From positions 32,178,001 to 32,242,000 of the forward strand of contig CM060733.1 in the NCBI GenBank assembly GCA_030704615.1: DNA of 64,000 nt, given 5' to 3'. The notes under the pieces were generated by a model. That model was not told the DNA's origin and ran no database searches. It saw only the letters and a program-made list of their open reading frames with translations. Shown one piece after another: positions 49,039 to 61,426 of the stretch (position 1 is the stretch's first letter; each line of letters begins with the position of its first letter). Position numbers and translations under genes: made by a program. This DNA comes from Takakia lepidozioides (taxonomy: Eukaryota; Plantae; Bryophyta).

Positions 49039-52027
49039 TCAGGCAGATGTGGGAGTGAGCCCCGAAATTGATGCCATCATGGAGGCACGGGTCTTTTGAT
49101 GATTGCTCACGTGCTCGAGTGATGAGAAGTTTCGGTCACACATGTTGTTGAACTCCATCCCCTCCCCGCTCCTAAAGCCCCCAGCCTCAGGGCTTCCACT
49201 CCCCAGAACCTGTGCCTTGTTATCTGCCTTGGCACCTAACTGCTCCCCCCGTGCTCCATACTTGTCTGTGTTGTAGAGAAAGTGCTCCTCCTTGATATGT
49301 TTGCCCTTGTCCAATGGAGCTGGGGCTTCAGCAAAATGATTTCTGGCTGTGTTGTTGGCAGCAGCGAAATATCCACCTGTGCTTGGAGGAGTGAAAGGTG
49401 GATGCATCATTGGTGCGGTCACATACCCAGGCTGGTCTAATAAATCATCATCATCAACAGGAGCTGGTAAATTCAAATCAATAGCTTCCTGCTTTGTGGT
49501 TCTGATCTGTTGGCCCCCCTGATGCTGCACCACTGCCACTGCTGTTTGTTTATTGCCACTGCTGGTAGCCTCAGAGGTTGCTGATGTCCCTGCACCTCCC
49601 CCACCCCAATGACACCGCTTGTGTCCCCCCAAGGCCTGCCCAGAGTTGAAAACCCGGTGACAGATAGAGCATTCATGGCCCTTGGTTTTCCTGGCAGCAT
49701 TCAGCATCTCCTCATTGTCATCCCTAGCAACAGCGAGATAGTGGCAGGGTTTATGATCCTCTTCACTGTTAGTATGCGAAGTATCCTGAAGCTCAGGAAG
49801 TAATTGCTCTTCGGATTTCAGATTTTCTTCATCCGTAATATCCTCCTCGGGACTACGATCCTGCCCCCCACCATCATTGACATTTGTTCGGGCAAAACAA
49901 CCCTTGACTTTCTTGTGGCTCGCACGGTGGCCCCCTAATGCTTGATGCGACTTGAATATTCGTTTGCACGTTGTACACTCATACTTCATCCTCACACTCC
50001 CACCTGCATGCTCACCTGCAGCTTCACAATTCAGTAGCTGTAAATAGATTTTGAATTCTCAGTCTTGCTGCTGCACTATCTGTTCCAGTAGATCACACTG
50101 AACAAGCAAAGCTCAAACAATCTACAGAAACATGAGAACATTTACAATGTTAGGTTTAACATTTTTTGTTTTGCAGAGACCATACAGTTACACACAACAA
50201 AGGGGAGAATGTGTTCTCACCTGTTTCATACTCATCTCCACCTTCCTCATTGTCTTCACAGAGGCTGGCATCCTCAGCTTCCAATTTCACCTTGCCTTTT
50301 TGGTAGTCCCCTCCATGATGTCTTTCATTCCGTTTCAGCTCCTCTCCCTCTACTTCAGTGACTTTTGCCCTACCTTCTAGCTGCAGCTGGTTTCCTTCTG
50401 ACTCTGGAGATGCGGTCTGCTCCCTCCCCTGTTTTTCACTGTGTCCTACAGATGCTAGAGCAAGCATAACAAGAGTATCGGCCATGTCTTGCTCCATTAT
50501 AACAACATCCGTGGATGCTGTCAGCTCAGGAGCGCGATATGTAACAGCTTGTAACGATCGCACAGTTTGGCGTGACCGCTTGGAGCGCTTGCCAGTCATC
50601 CAGCCTTGGATAGCATGCCTGTCGCCATTCATGTATGCAGCCTCGATGCTTTCAGTGTCACTCTCATTGTCTGACGCTTTGTTAGGATGTCTGCCTTCTG
50701 ATTCAGACTCAGACTCCTCAGCAGACAGCACGGCAGTTGGGGGAGGCTTTTTCCTGCGAGCAGGCAGCTGGTTTGCATTGGTTCCTCCAGATTGCTGCTG
50801 TGTGTCGGGGGGCTGAATTCCCCTCCACTCTCGCTCTGGATGGCACCTCATGTGTCCAAATAGTGCCTTCCAGGACCCGAACTCCTTACCACACTCTGTA
50901 CATGCACGGGCTTTTTCAGTGAACATGGAGTTGGCTTTCTTGGCAGGAGCAGCTGCAGCAATCTCAAGAGGGTAGTCCTGGTCCATGAAACGTCGACTGC
51001 GCTTTGGATTTCGGCGTAAGCCATAGAGAGCATGAACTTTTTTGTGCAAGCTGAGAGCCTTAGCATTCTCAAACTCTTTGTCACAGACCTTGCACATGTA
51101 GCCAGTACCTTCCATAACCTCGTCCTGCGTGCCATTGTTTGCCTCTGAGCTACTGCTGATGTGCATCGATGTAGCGTCCTCGTCGTCCCTCATCTCTGCA
51201 TCCTCGCAGCTCAGCAACATACTGGGAGCCTCCTTCTCTTGCTCTATTTTCAGTCGACGGATGCCAGATCTCACATGGGAGTCCTTGTTGCGAGATCGTG
51301 CAGGGTAGGGTGATGCACTGCTTTCCTCTTTGACAGAGTTGGAGACCGCAGGATCACTGCCACTGTCAGCACCGGAGTTTCGAAGCTGGGATCCATGACC
51401 CACGGAGCTACTGAGCTGCTCCTTATCCTGCTGACCCTCCAAATTCGTTGCCCAAACACAGCCATCTTCCGTGGAAAGGGAGCCATGCGCACGCATATGT
51501 CCTCCCAGTGCTCTACCTGAACCAAACTCTCTCTTGCAGATGCGGCAAACATGACCTGAATTCCCCTGCGAGTTTTCGGGACGGCCGTCCTCGAGATTGA
51601 AATCAAGATTGACAGAGTTGCATCTTGGCAGCTCCTTGTAACCAGAAGATTGAGCAGCTTCAGCTTTAATCATACCAGCTGTCGTATCAGGAACTGGTAT
51701 ACTATCATGTGCCTTCAAGTCGATGAGACACGCAGTGGCATCTGAATTAGCCCTGCATCCCACTAACACGTACTTTTTCCCCTCTTTCTCTGGGGAGTCC
51801 CTTGCGCGGCTGCAATGAGCGCAAGTGGAGGATGCGCCCTTCTTGCACACATTACAGTCCACAATTTGCTCACCTTCCTGCATCCCTGCAGGGGAAGTCG
51901 ATGTCTCGAGATCCCCCCCTCCTAGTAAGCTGCCTTCCATCCGATGCTGCTGTTTAGTGTCCTCCCTGCTATCCTCAACCGAATCTAGCTCCATATGCTC
52001 CCCAAGACGCTGACCCGCTTCCATCAT
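49039..52027 (-). CDS. DAZ1: DAZ1/ZAT2-ZAT3-like C2H2 zinc-finger EAR repressor, 2 exons, ~927 aa
   Basis: Exons 52027-50221 and 50015-49039 (phase-1 intron; alternative acceptor 12 nt downstream). Five C2H2 fingers include the diagnostic CTECGKEFGSWKALFGHMRCHPEREWRGIQPP and two QALGGH fingers; also YGLRRNPK and the EAR motif DLNLP. The start codon and strict orthology are inferred. Confidence 0.85.
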
Positions 52028-55000
52028 GTCCCAGAGTAGCTCAAACCTTTCCTCCCCCACACCCAAATGCACAATCTATGCACGCGATGTAGTTCCTCCC
52101 ACAATTGACATCCTTTCAGCATCCCCTAAACCAGAACCACACACAACATCCACCCCGCACAGCCGATGAGTATCAGCAAGCTGCTCGGATGCGTCCCCGC
52201 CCTCCCGCACCAGCTGCTCACAGACCCCTGCTCGCATGCACGCAACCATACCGACTTTAATTAGAATGTACCGGCATCAGATTCCAACCCGCTGCTCTCT
52301 AACCTCTCCCAACCCACACCCAATTGCCAAATCCCGAGCCCAGATCGCAACACGGCCGCCTCTGATTTTCTCCCCCCTCCCCCAATTCCCCTCTCGATTG
52401 CCTTCTCCTCAAGCTAAGCTCCCCTCGCAAGTCACTCCAGCTGTGGCGTGCCCGCGCGAGCTGAGCTGGGAAGCAACAAGAAGGATTGCTCCACTGAAGC
52501 CTCCCCCCGCCTTCCCTCCCTGCACCACTCTTGCTCGCAGCACAACACACTGGCCGCGCGCAAGTGGGGCGCCCGCGGCACGGGCCTATAGCGTGCCGCG
52601 GCTCCGTGGTCGCGGCCCCGCCCTTGCGGTTGCAGTTGCGCCGTTTCTGCCCCTCTGCCCACCCTGCCCACCCCCGCTCACCACGCCTGCCCCGCTTGCC
52701 TGCCTCCCCCAACCGGGCCCTAACCGGGCCCCTGGCGCTTCGTTGTCCTCTCGCTCCTCACTCCACCACTGCCCCCCCTCTTCTTATTTAAGCTCGCGCT
52801 CCCTCCACCTCTCTCGCACCTCTCCCTGCCCCGGCACCCGCTCCATGTTTGGCATCGCCCCCCCATCCATTCACTGGCACTTACCGAGTGGAGGCACTGT
52901 GGCCCCACTGGCCATCTCTCTCACACACTCTACCCACTAGTCTGATTAGTTTTTTTAGCATGAGAGCTTTGGCTAGGTATGTGTGGAATGAAATGAAGGG
53001 GAGGACTTGGGGAAGAGGAAGCAAAGAGGCATCCATGATTGCGGAGGTGATGAAGCATGGTACCACCCATGTCCACCATAATGGAATTGTCCGCATGTGG
53101 AGAATTCTCAGGGCGAGCATGGGTGGGGGGCTCCATGAACGGAAAGCTTTGAATCCGGATGGTCAAATGTGGCAGAAATAATTATAGAGGAGGAGCTTTA
53201 ATTTCCCTCCCCCCGAGGCTGCACCATGTCCTTTCTGGGTGTGTCCAAGAGACACATTAATTAGGGCGGGGTGTGTAATTAATTGGGGCGTGAGCAGTTT
53301 GAGAGACAAATGATTTGTGAGTACTAAAGTGATGCTTTGATGGCAGCATGACCATAGCCCACCTACTTGGTTAAAATATTGCAAGCCTTCAGTTTTTTTC
53401 CAAGAAGAGGCGAAAAACAGTTTTTCCTTCAGTTTTTTTCTAAAACGACCAAAACAGTTTTCTTTTTCTTCCCTTTGCTTCTCGTCTCGGGACCCGAGGC
53501 GCTCATGTCTGCAGGCACAGTGAGTGTCAGAGCATAATTCCCTCATCCGCCAATCCCCCTCTCCCTCCACTCATTTCATGGCAGTCCCAAACAACAATCA
53601 CATACCAAAAGAAACAACCACCTCCAACATCACCAGACCCCACACACATGTCACCACCCAACTGACCTCCACATCTCCAGTCCACAGTCCACCACGGAAA
53701 AGCTCCAATCTGACATCTGCTTGTCTTCCCCACACCAAAACACCGGAGGATCACCCTGCTGCAGACCCCTGACAGCACGCACGCATCACTCCACTCCAGC
53801 ATCCCAATCCCACCCCTCCTCTTCACTCCTGCCCTCTCATCACTCTCTCTCACTCACTCCTTCGCACTCTCCTTCGCACCATGAGTGAGCCATCATCACA
53901 GGGAGAGGCCAGAATGTGCAGTAGCCTCACATTGGCTTCACTCACCACACAACAGAATGCTGCAGCTCACTCGGCCTTACACTCACTCAAGTGACAACAA
54001 GACTGGATGCCTCCCTCACACACCCCGTAGCCTTGCACCCTCATCACTCAAGTGATCACACAAAGCTGCTCCCAAAGCTCACCTCTGCAGCAGACTCCAA
54101 CCTTTCATCACTCATCACTCAAACCCCCTCCCACTCCCTTCCCTTGCTGCTGCTCTCCTCAGTCAACCATCCCCAGGGTGACCCTTTCCCATCCCCACCC
54201 CATCTCCATGCCCATCCCATGCCCATAGCTAGGGCTTGCATGGCCCCATGGGGGCATGTGTGCACCCGTGTGGACCCATAAAGGCAACGGTATGACCAAT
54301 TAAAAGAGGGGGGTGTGGATATATGGCACCCCCTCCCTTTATTGCTCTCTATCTGCCCTTTGCAATCATTTTCTCTTTTGCTTCCATCATAATATATCTC
54401 TTCAGTTTTTACTTTTTTACTTTACTGTCTGACCTGGCAATTTCCAGTCCTCAAAGTCAAACCCATTCCACCCATGGGTAACTGGATGAAAACACTGGTC
54501 CTTCCATCCAATATGGCGCTGGATGGGTGTGGATGGAAACTGGTTATTCGACCAAAATCTTAATTACCCGCTTGGAGGTTGCCAACAAGCCATCTCTCCT
54601 CTAGTAGCTTAGGGTGGAAGGTTTCTAATCCTGCTCTTGGAGTTGAGCAAGGTGGGCACATTACAAGCTACCTTTGGTTGCAATTTTTCTGTATCGGAAA
54701 CTTGCAAGCTAGGAAAAGCAGGAGATTGCTTGGTAGGGATAAATTTGTCTTGGTCCCACTTTTAGTGCCCATTCAGCCCATTAATGGGGATAGATGAAGC
54801 AGAAAAAGAAAAGATAGTTCTTCTTCTTTCTAATTCATCCTGTCTCTCCATTCATTCAAGCACCTGCCCTAACTTAGACATATGTAGAGAAACAAACTTA
54901 TAATTATAGTTATAATATTTTGAAAAACAAAATGGATTGAAGACGTGCACTGCAAAATCGGGGTAGGGACACGTGGCACAATCACACTTGTGAGACGTCA

Positions 55001-58000
55001 AATTGCAGACTTGGACCTGCTCTGACTTGTTCCCACATAACATCAGCACCAATGTGGATCCAGACACGTGGCGTGATCGCAACTTGCTGTCTTTTCTTTG
55101 TATTATGTCCGAGAAATGACACGCACTGTATGGATAACCTTGCAAAAAACAAAATTGAAATGTTGTACATATTATAGTTACATGGGCTTTGGCCGGAGTC
55201 TTCTCTCTCTTGTACATAACTTATATCACAAAAGTAAAACCGCCATTCATGACCCGCCCTTTCCAAGGCCCTACCTATACGTGGGAGACAAATAAATAAA
55301 ACTATCGTTCTAAAGCCCTACATGATGTATGTGGAGGAAGGAAAAGTTATCCTTCCGGCCAAGAAAGGGGCAAAAGATGTTTGCGTACCGCCAAAGAGTT
55401 AAAGTTTTTTAGCCTCCAGCGGATTTACACAGCCTACTACATACTTAAGGCACAGCCCATTGAGGGGCCAATGGAAGGGAAGCACCAGATGCATGGACGG
55501 TAGGTGATTTCCAGGTGTCAAAAACACCCCAAACTTCGACACTTGACTACCCCATTACTCTTTTGTTTGTACTCACAAGTACACATCACCCTTTTTTAGA
55601 GTAGCTCAGAGGCACATAAGGTGTGCACATGATTCACTTCAGTTACATGATCATGTCACCTAACTTGTGCTTCCTAAGCTGACCTAAGGAGCCAAAGTGC
55701 GGTAAACAGCCACCCTTGTTGTTTTTTTTGTTTTTTTTTCCTTGACGGAGTTGACTCTAGATTCATGAGGGAGAGAAATCGATCATTCGCCGCATGGAAA
55801 CTCACTCCTACCCTATTTTTTCCGGTCAGAATTTGGCTATGTGGCCTCCGGATATGTAGATTGGAGGGGAACAGTGGTTTGAGTCATATATTTGGCCACC
55901 CACACCGGTGTAATCAACAGGTTCGCTGAACCAGCGAAGCCATGAACCTTGTCCCAAATTCCAGATCCTAGAAAAGTCAGAGTCTGAGAAAAACAATTCT
56001 GGCTTTGAGACCCAAAATTGACTCATAACAAATATGCAAATAAATACAATAAAAAATGTCCTTTGATTATGTGTTGTCTTGGATGCAAGATGAGTTTCAT
56101 CCCAGGCCAAAGCATCTATATTTCATGCAAAATTGGGAATATTTCATCCATCATTGTCAGCCAAAGTTGTGACCTATACGGGCGTCCTTATGCGAGGGCC
56201 TCTTTTTTTTTTTACGAACCAACAACCCCCTTACCTAGTCCACGTTACAGACTTATATACCTATGTCCTTTATTTATTTATTTATGTTAATTCTAGTCGG
56301 TACAGCATTCAGTCACTGTTCCAGCAGTACAACCTCCGTGCAGGAAATTCCATAACTACAAGTCCAATCAACCGTGGCGTCAAAGATACCCTAGAACAAC
56401 GTACAAATGCATGGATGGATGCAGAAAACATTCATCCGAGTTTCACTTCTGCAGCGCAGCTATATCTGGCGCCGGGAGTCCAAAAGACCACAAAAACAGG
56501 GTTGGCGTTATTTATTGTTATACGGCCTCTCACACGTGTGGATGCTACATTTAGAACGTCTTTTTGCTAAACCTAAATCGTCGGCTTAAATCGAGACCGC
56601 GCGGTTTGACCCAAACTAGTGCGCGGTTGCCCGCAACATGCATGACCTGCCCATGGATGGATGGATGGATGGATCCCCATGTGCTACATCCTTGCGATGC
56701 ATGACATGGATGGGCATGCATCCACCACAATCTCACGGGGAGTCTTCGCACGCTCTGTGGGCCCCGTCACTGGTGTGCGCTGAGCTTCGCTGACACTGAT
56801 CTGCTTCTCTTCTTGCTCAAGCCTCAAATCCATGCCCAGCTCCCATCTTGTTCATTCCCACTTTGCAGATTAAAGAAACCTTCTCCGAGCAAGAGGAAAC
56901 GAAGCGAGGGAGCTGGAGTGATGAAGGAAGGCGGACTGAGTGTTTAGAAGTGTGCAGTGAGGAAGAGAGATCTGAATAGAGTGAGAAAACTTCATCACTG
57001 CAGCACTGCAGAGAGAGCTTGTAGTTTTCATGCACGCACAGATCGAAAGACACCCAAGAAATTGGGCACGGAGTTGACCTTGGACAAGGAGTGATGGAGG
57101 AGAAAGTGAGTGAGTGAGTGAGTGTGGAAGCTTGATCGACAAGCTGCCTGCAGGAATTAGTAGCTTACTTCATGAGCTCAAGCTGCGTCTTTCTTCTTGT
57201 TTTCTTCTTGTTTAGCACAGTCCTCGATCCAGGAAGTGGGCATAAACATCTCGCATAAACATCTCTGTGCAGGAATTGTGTATATTCACTCACACCTCGA
57301 CTTGCTTGCCGCAAGCAGCTTTGTCATCAGCCTCACTGTCACTTACATGACGCTGTCTGGGGCTCCCTCTCTCTCTCTCTCAGATAAAAGCGGTTCACTT
57401 GACTATCTTGGGCAATCTGTGCTGGCACTGTAACCTAATCTCACCGCTTCAAGCCCACAAACCACACTACAAACCCCACCAGTGACAAACCCAGTGGTAG
57501 CAGCTAGACCCTGCTCATCATGAGCCTCGCCTGCAGAGATGCAGCTCAAGGAGAAGATGAAGGGGCAGTGCCCAGTAGGGATGGAACCTATTCTTCATTC
57601 ATCGTCAGAAGCTGGGCTTTAAATAGAATAGCCACATGGCCTAATCCACATTTGTAGGGAGAGTACACTGTCCCTGAAGGTCATACTGTCCCTGAAAAGA
57701 AGCTGCTGGTCTCCAGAGGTTGTTTAAGGAATTTGGCCAACGTCATCCCTCAAAAATGCCTTGCTTATAATAAATGCCTCATGATTTTTTGGGGTTCTTT
57801 CTTTTTAAGCTTATGCATGTAAGCAGAGTCCATTGAATATCTGTAGTCCCTGTCCCTCTAAAATCCTCCAAACAGACAACAATATCCCCCTGCAGCACCC
57901 ATGAACGGACTCTCAGTAGACAAGCATACTACAAGTAGTCCAGCAGAGCCTTGATCTGGGGCTTAATTAGCTGAGCAGCAGGACTGATGGAGTACTCCTA

Positions 58001-59620
58001 AGTACGTAGCAAAGCCTGGTCACCTGTCAGCACCGGTCAATCCACGAGGGTTGCGGGCTGCAGAACGTGACCACGCACAGCGTGTCAGCTGCTCCGTACG
58101 CCCCTCACCGGCAGAAGCGGTCGCCCCTCTATGCTGATCTTTGCCCCATCACCATTTTTATCAGTTATTTTCGTTCATGCTTTTATTTAATGTTGGGATG
58201 GTCCGAGAGAGAGGGAGAAGACTCGGTGGGACGCCTCCACTTCGCCATATTGCTACTGTCCCTTTCGGGGCGGGGCTCCACTTCTCTGTTACGAAAAACG
58301 GACGAGATTCTATTGCGGGCATACGCTCTAATGAAAGCTTGCTTTAAGCATATATCCATACGATCTTATTGATGGTGGATGTACGAAATTATTGAAGTCG
58401 CTCGCTTGCGAGGACACTCGAACACAAAAAGAATCATATACGAGTGTGGCAAAACCTTCCTACTTCCCTACTTTCAAAATCAAGTAGTTAAGTACCAACC
58501 AGTGCTGCAGCCTCGCTCTCTACGGCAACATTGTTGCTTCCATCACTGCAATCAAATTATCCATCAGCATTGTCCAAACTCCTCCAAAGATAATTTATTT
58601 CCATCTTATCATTAAAATTATCTGAGAAATATTTTAAAAAATTGAAAATGCAAAGGCTTGTTTGAAAATAAATGTTGGACGCGTTGTGGAAGCAAGCGTA
58701 ATTTATGGCGTAAATTATGATCCCAAAGGGCTACTGGTGGAAGGTGGACATCTTTATTATCTGAGAAATAGAAGAATATAGCACCAGACATCTGATACTC
58801 TGTGAAATAGTGTACAATTCCGGAGGGACGGACGGACGCCCGTACGTATAGAGGTATCTTTGCATAACATCCCGTCCGGCGCCCTTGTGCATTGTCCACT
58901 TCATGTCACCTGTATTTGGAGGGGCAGACTTTCTTTTTAATCCGGCAGACTTTATTTGGAAATTTCACTAGTATTGAGATAAATACTACTGGTCATCGCA
59001 CTGCGTGCCACCCAGGTGATTTTGGGTTCAAATCCTGGTGCCTCGTCCGGTGTGATATAATATTCTCCCCCTTCCCCTCCCTTGGGCAGTGTCCCTTGAG
59101 CCGAACCTCATGGCAAGGTTATTTGGAAAAAGAATTTTTCCCTCTCACTGTAATTAAGGGGCCTGATTTGGACTCGGGCCAAGACGGTGTTTCCTTTTCT
59201 AAACTAAGAAATATTATTATTACTAATTATCAAATCTCGTATTGCCACCGATGAAGGCCCACGATATTGACTACTAAGTTATCCAAACATGGTTTCAAGT
59301 TTCAACGCCTTCAATATAGATTTCTCTACATGGCAGTGAAGAAATATAAATAAATAAAATCAGAAGCTTTTTGTCGACAGGCGGCACGTCACAGCGGCAT
59401 GCCCGCTACGTGACCTGCACCTGCCGCGTCCTATTCCGGTCCGCCTTGACCGGAGACCAGCGACCGGACACAGCCAGTAGCCGGTAGGCGGCAGAGTCCG
59501 ACAATGTAAGAGCGGCGGCATGTTGCACGCAGCATGTTGCTGCCGTGGGCCCTCTCTCATCCTCCGACTTTCATCTGAACCCAACACTTCCATCCATCCC
59601 ACACAGTTGTCGTTCATGCT

Positions 59621-59642
59621 AGGGTTAGGGTTAGGGTTAGGG
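59621..59642 (+). repeat. Interstitial vertebrate-type telomeric repeat AGGG(TTAGGG)3
   Basis: Read directly from the sequence. Confidence 0.95.
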
Positions 59643-59853
59643 TAACGACCGCGGAGAACCGCGCGCGACGGCCGACCGGCTGGCGGCCCCGGACAACTGC
59701 CAAGTCCCGGTCGCCGAGGACCCACGCAAGTAGAATTTAGTGACTGACTAGTTGGAATCCGGGCTTTATTCCGTGGGGCCCCCCAACGCAGATTTGGTTG
59801 CTAGTCAAATGCACTATCCACTTGCTAGTTACTCACTACTTGCTAAGTCACTA

Positions 59854-60222
59854 GGGTAAAACATCCTATGACCGTTAAAGTTCCTATGACCGTTCACCTC
59901 ATAATTGCTTGGGTCAGGCCTGCATGAGCGACCATGGCTGGGCCCAAGACTGCTCATTTTTGCCACTTGGCAAACAGTTGTTTGATAGAACCCCCAAGAA
60001 ATATGAGTGGTCATAGGGCTCAAACTTCACACAAGCATTCGGATTGGTTCAACTTTGAAACCCCATAACTTTGTGTGGATTTCATGAAATCATGCACTTC
60101 CAAATGTGTTGGGATGCCCCAGATGTGGGGCATCTTATCAATTTATCCGGGGTAAAAACGACAAAAATTCACCGTTAGATCTTCCGCCATCTTTAGATGA
60201 ACGGTCATAGGGTGTTCTACCC
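59854..60222. mobile_element. MITE, 369 bp, 23-bp TIRs, TA target duplication
   Basis: TA|GGGTAAAACATCCTATGACCGTT … AACGGTCATAGGGTGTTCTACCC|TA (21/23 match). Confidence 0.88.
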
Positions 60223-60829
60223 TAGTTACTCACTGGTTTGATTCCCTGTAAGGCCTTGTTATCACTCCCTGTCAGTGTACTGTTTATTGCTGGTGTGCAT
60301 GGATGCACTGAGACAGAGCTGAGCTGAGCATCAGCTGCCTTGATGACTGGATGCATCCCAGGCTCTGACAGAGTTCAGCTGTCTTTATGAATGGATGAAA
60401 AAGGCTTGGCACGCCCAATTTGTAAGACTCTGTGAAGGAAAGCATGACCTCACACATTGATATATAATAAGAGCAATGATCCAATCCTACACTGCACTTG
60501 GGGACTGTCTTTACTGTGCTGTGAGATCACCCCACTCTTCACCCACCCCTGGGCCCTCACCCTCCCTTTTGTCTCTTGTTTCTTACTATGTGTGGAGCAG
60601 GGGAGTCCTGGTTTTTTGGGGAGCATCCAGTTTTCTTTTAAGAGACCTCTTACAATACCTTTGATGGATGGGTGTGTGCGTCTTTCAAGGTATTCTTCTT
60701 TTTTCTATATCAGCTTCTACCAACCTCTTTAAATTTTTTTCTGACATGCAATAGTGGGATCAATATGCTTATAGGAGGACTTGTCATATCCTGACTATGG
60801 AGTAAATAATACATTATTAACTTTATCTC

Positions 60830-60987
60830 CATGAGGCTTCCCTAATAAAGCGTAAATTATGGTGTCTCTTCACCCCCAAGGCACTCCCCCAAGGTGAGCA
60901 CCTTTGTGACACGGATTGAACCCACAACCACTTCTCAGGCTTCTGAGGTAGTATGTGCCTATCACCACTGGGCTACAACTTGGTTGT
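60830..60987 (-). mobile_element. tRNA-derived SINE copy
   Basis: Reverse complement reads ACAACCAAGTTGTAGCCCAGTGGT…GTGGGTTCAATCC…GAGACACCATAATTTACGC. Confidence 0.85.
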
Positions 60988-61128
60988 AGTCTTATGTTGA
61001 CAACATGTTGGGAGAGAGAGAGAAGCACTTCACCCTGTCAACACGTTGAGACAATTACTATATTAATCCCAATGAGGCCCCACGAGAGTTAGAAAATATT
61101 GTGTGTCCTATAAATGTCCATTTGGATG

Positions 61129-61301
61129 ACAACCAAGTTGGAGCCCAGTGGTAATGGGCATATACCACCTCGGAAGTGGTTGTGGGTTCAATCCACCGAT
61201 TGGTGTCACAAGTGTCCACCTTCCTGCTGGAATGCAGTAGCCCTTGGGGGTCAAGAGACACCATAATTTACGCTTCCTTGGGGAGGCGTCATATACATAT
61301 A
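61129..61301 (+). mobile_element. tRNA-derived SINE, full-length copy
   Basis: ACAACCAAGTTGGAGCCCAGTGGT…GTGGGTTCAATCCAC…GAGACACCATAATTTACGC…; TSD TGGATG (61123-61128 / 61302-61307). Confidence 0.88.
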
Positions 61302-61359
61302 TGGATGCATGTGCTGAAAAGTTGGGATCAAAAGCTATTTTCAGATGTGTTGATCAAGC

Positions 61360-61426
61360 TGTAACCCAGTGGTAATGGGCACATATACCTCCCTATAAGT
61401 TTTGGGAGGTGTCATATATTATTATT
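61360..61426 (+). mobile_element. Internally deleted SINE copy
   Basis: The head TGTAACCCAGTGGTAATGGGCA is joined directly to the tail GGGAGGTGTCATATATT. Confidence 0.65.

Noticed and set aside
52236-52940. 234-aa Pro-rich ORF
   Set aside because: By-product of the GC-rich DAZ1-like promoter; no domain.
58985-59045. tRNA-like B-box GGTTCAAATCC
   Set aside because: No convincing cloverleaf, second copy or TSD; at most an old SINE relic.
59590-59650. Telomerase RNA gene (USE-like ATCCCACA near telomeric repeats)
   Set aside because: No TATA at the expected spacing, the repeat is on the wrong strand for a template downstream of that USE, and it is too long for a template.
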